DNA of 64,000 nucleotides from Gaiellaceae bacterium (GTDB taxonomy: Bacteria; Actinomycetota; Thermoleophilia; Gaiellales; Gaiellaceae): contig DATEHY010000050.1 in assembly GCA_035279325.1 (NCBI GenBank), positions 11,363 to 75,362 on the forward strand. Reading direction: 5' to 3'. Under the pieces are notes generated by a model, which was not told where the DNA came from, ran no database searches, and saw only the letters and a program-made list of their open reading frames with translations. Shown in pieces: positions 62,939-64,000 of this stretch. Numbering within the stretch: the stretch's first letter is position 1; each line of letters opens with the position of its first letter. The position numbers and the translations under genes are program-made.

Positions 62939-62962
62939 CGTTCCGGGAAAAGGAGTCGACCG

Positions 62963-63133
62963 ATGGCGAATCACCTCACGCCCGAAGAACTGTCGAAGGA
63001 GCTCAAGATCGACAGGCAGGAGGTGATCCGGGTGTGCGTCGAAGAAGGCGTGCCGATCTATCAAGGGAAGATCGACAAGTACCTCTTCCAGGCACAGCTG
63101 CAGGCACTCTCCGCGCAGCAGCCCGCAGCGTAG
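62963..63133 (+). CDS. 56-aa helix-turn-helix protein (excisionase/MerR-like HTH_17 pattern)
   Basis: MANHLTPEELSKELKIDRQEVIRVCVEEGVPIYQGKIDKYLFQAQLQALSAQQPAA. An AAAGGAG Shine-Dalgarno lies 8 nt upstream. It is too short for the ORF track, and the 173-aa track ORF 62896..63417 in another frame is rejected. Confidence 0.6.
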   Translation: MANHLTPEELSKELKIDRQEVIRVCVEEGVPIYQGKIDKYLFQAQLQALSAQQPAA

Positions 63134-63142
63134 GCCGTAGCG

Positions 63143-64000
63143 TCAGGCGGAGCGCTTCGCCGGCGTCCTGCGAGACCGGGAGCCGCCCTTCGAGGCGGCT
63201 TTCCCGTCCTTGGATCCCTCGGCCGACCGCCGGCTCTGCGCGTCGGCGACGCTTTGGCGCAGCGCTTCCATCAGGTCGATCACCGGCGCCTCGGCGACCG
63301 GCTCCGGCGCGACGATCTCCCGGCCCGCGAGCTTCGCCTCGAGCATCTGCGCGAGGTCGCGGCGGTAGTCGTTCTCGAAGTCCTCGGGCGTCCAGTCGCC
63401 GGCGAGGCTCGAGATGACCTGCTCCGCGAGCTTGAGCTCCGCTTCCTGCACGTCGGTCTCGGCCACGGCCTCCTCGATCTCGTCCCGCGCCCGGACGTCC
63501 TCGGCGAAGAAGAGCGTCTCGAGCAGCAGCGCGCCGGCATGCGCGCGAATCAGGCAGAGGTTCTCCTTGCCCCAGAGCACGAACTTGCCGACCGCGGCCA
63601 TGCCCGACTCCTCCATCGCGCGCAGGAGCAGAACGTACGGCTTGCGCTGCGCATCCGCTCCCGCCGGCGCGAGGTAGTACGTGCGATCGAAGTAGACGGG
63701 ATCGACATCCTCGAGCCGGACGAAGCGCAGGATCGCAATCGACTGCGAGCGCGTCAGCGCGACGGCCTCGAGATCCGACTCCTCGACGAGGACGTATTGG
63801 CCCTTCGCGAACTCCCAGCCCTTGACGAGCTCGTCGGGCTCGACGTCACGCTCGTGCACCGGGCACCACCGCTTCTGCTTGATCGGCGACCCGCACTCGC
63901 GATGGAGGGTGCGAAACGAGACATCCTGCCGCTGGGTCGCGAGCGCGAGCCCGACGGGGATGTTGACGAGGCCGAAGCTGATTGATCCGTTCCAGATGGT
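63143..64000 (-). CDS. ku: Ku protein (bacterial non-homologous end joining). The first few codons lie beyond the right edge.
   Basis: My translation from the window edge gives TIWNGSISFGLVNIPVGLALATQRQDVSFRTLHRECGSPIKQKRWCPVHERDVEPDELVKGWEF...YFDRTYYLAP, with a basic C-terminal tail. The track ORF starts artificially at an internal GTG. Confidence 0.92.
   Translation of the reverse strand, partial: TIWNGSISFGLVNIPVGLALATQRQDVSFRTLHRECGSPIKQKRWCPVHERDVEPDELVKGWEFAKGQYVLVEESDLEAVALTRSQSIAILRFVRLEDVDPVYFDRTYYLAPAGADAQRKPYVLLLRAMEESGMAAVGKFVLWGKENLCLIRAHAGALLLETLFFAEDVRARDEIEEAVAETDVQEAELKLAEQVISSLAGDWTPEDFENDYRRDLAQMLEAKLAGREIVAPEPVAEAPVIDLMEALRQSVADAQSRRSAEGSKDGKAASKGGSRSRRTPAKRSA

Noticed and set aside
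62896-63417. 173-aa plus-strand ORF covering the HTH gene region and part of ku
   Set aside because: It is Arg/Ser/Pro-rich and overlaps ku in antisense. The 56-aa HTH ORF in another frame has a strong Shine-Dalgarno and a sensible sequence.

Overview
This is a very GC-rich, Actinomycetota-type chromosomal window. In the frames I hand-counted, real genes have about 85-95 % GC at third codon positions. It is densely packed with roughly 65 protein genes and two tRNA-Ala genes. I found no rRNA, CRISPR array, prophage or recognisable defence island. Most long ORFs in the six-frame track are Arg/Pro-rich shadow ORFs in the wrong frame or antisense to real genes. I picked real frames by recognisable family motifs, third-position GC, Shine-Dalgarno or -10 context, and start/stop coupling (GTGA, ATGA, TTGA overlaps).

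Gene content, left to right:
- dnaK (partial), then a REP-associated tyrosine transposase (RAYT) flanked by inverted 17-nt palindromic repeats.
- EamA and YczE membrane proteins, pepT, moaA.
- An inositol-lipid cluster: PAP2 protein, PgsA1-like CDP-alcohol phosphatidyltransferase, ino1, a GNAT gene, and a PimA-like GT4 fused to a PHP phosphoesterase.
- A motif-divergent UDG-fold protein, a RumA/RlmD-type methyltransferase, yjbQ, an M3-like peptidase, hsp20, a rhomboid protease, a DUF2630 protein.
- tRNA-Ala(UGC), then an operon of a Kelch/beta-propeller protein with an OmpR-type regulator and a histidine kinase.
- An ApbE plus ferric-reductase-like module, a phosphodiester glycosidase, a lactonase-type propeller, and a heterodimeric ABC exporter.
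- A GAF-GGDEF-GAF-HD-GYP protein, a UdgX-type (KRRIH motif) uracil-DNA glycosylase, and a second GGDEF sensor.
- sucA, a SigA-type sigma factor, a four-domain DUF5666-like protein containing a recent 630-bp tandem duplication, hxlR, lon.
- tRNA-Ala(GGC), YdbS/YdbT-like PH proteins, rodZ.
- rplU-rpmA-obg-nadD-rsfS, rne, mreBCD-mrdA-rodA, an ssb paralogue, a hydrolase, a 56-aa HTH gene and ku (partial).

No single clearly new multi-gene system stands out. The observations most worth follow-up are:
- the GT4-PHP fusion inside the inositol cluster, a candidate for the unassigned inositol-phosphate/PIP phosphatase step;
- UdgX together with a second, motif-less UDG-fold gene;
- RAYT with its flanking REP-like repeats;
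- a recurring leaderless-gene architecture with overlapping divergent -10 boxes (TACACT is frequent);
- a canonical U-tract terminator with its own promoter upstream of the tiny HTH gene next to ku;
- a 79-nt near-perfect hairpin upstream of udgX;
- an embedded high-GC3 58-aa ORF that conflicts with the 3' end of a Pro-rich ORF;
- an L21 protein with a 77-aa C-terminal extension.

Everything here is hand reading. No database search, HMM scan or RNA folding was run, and start codons are inferred.
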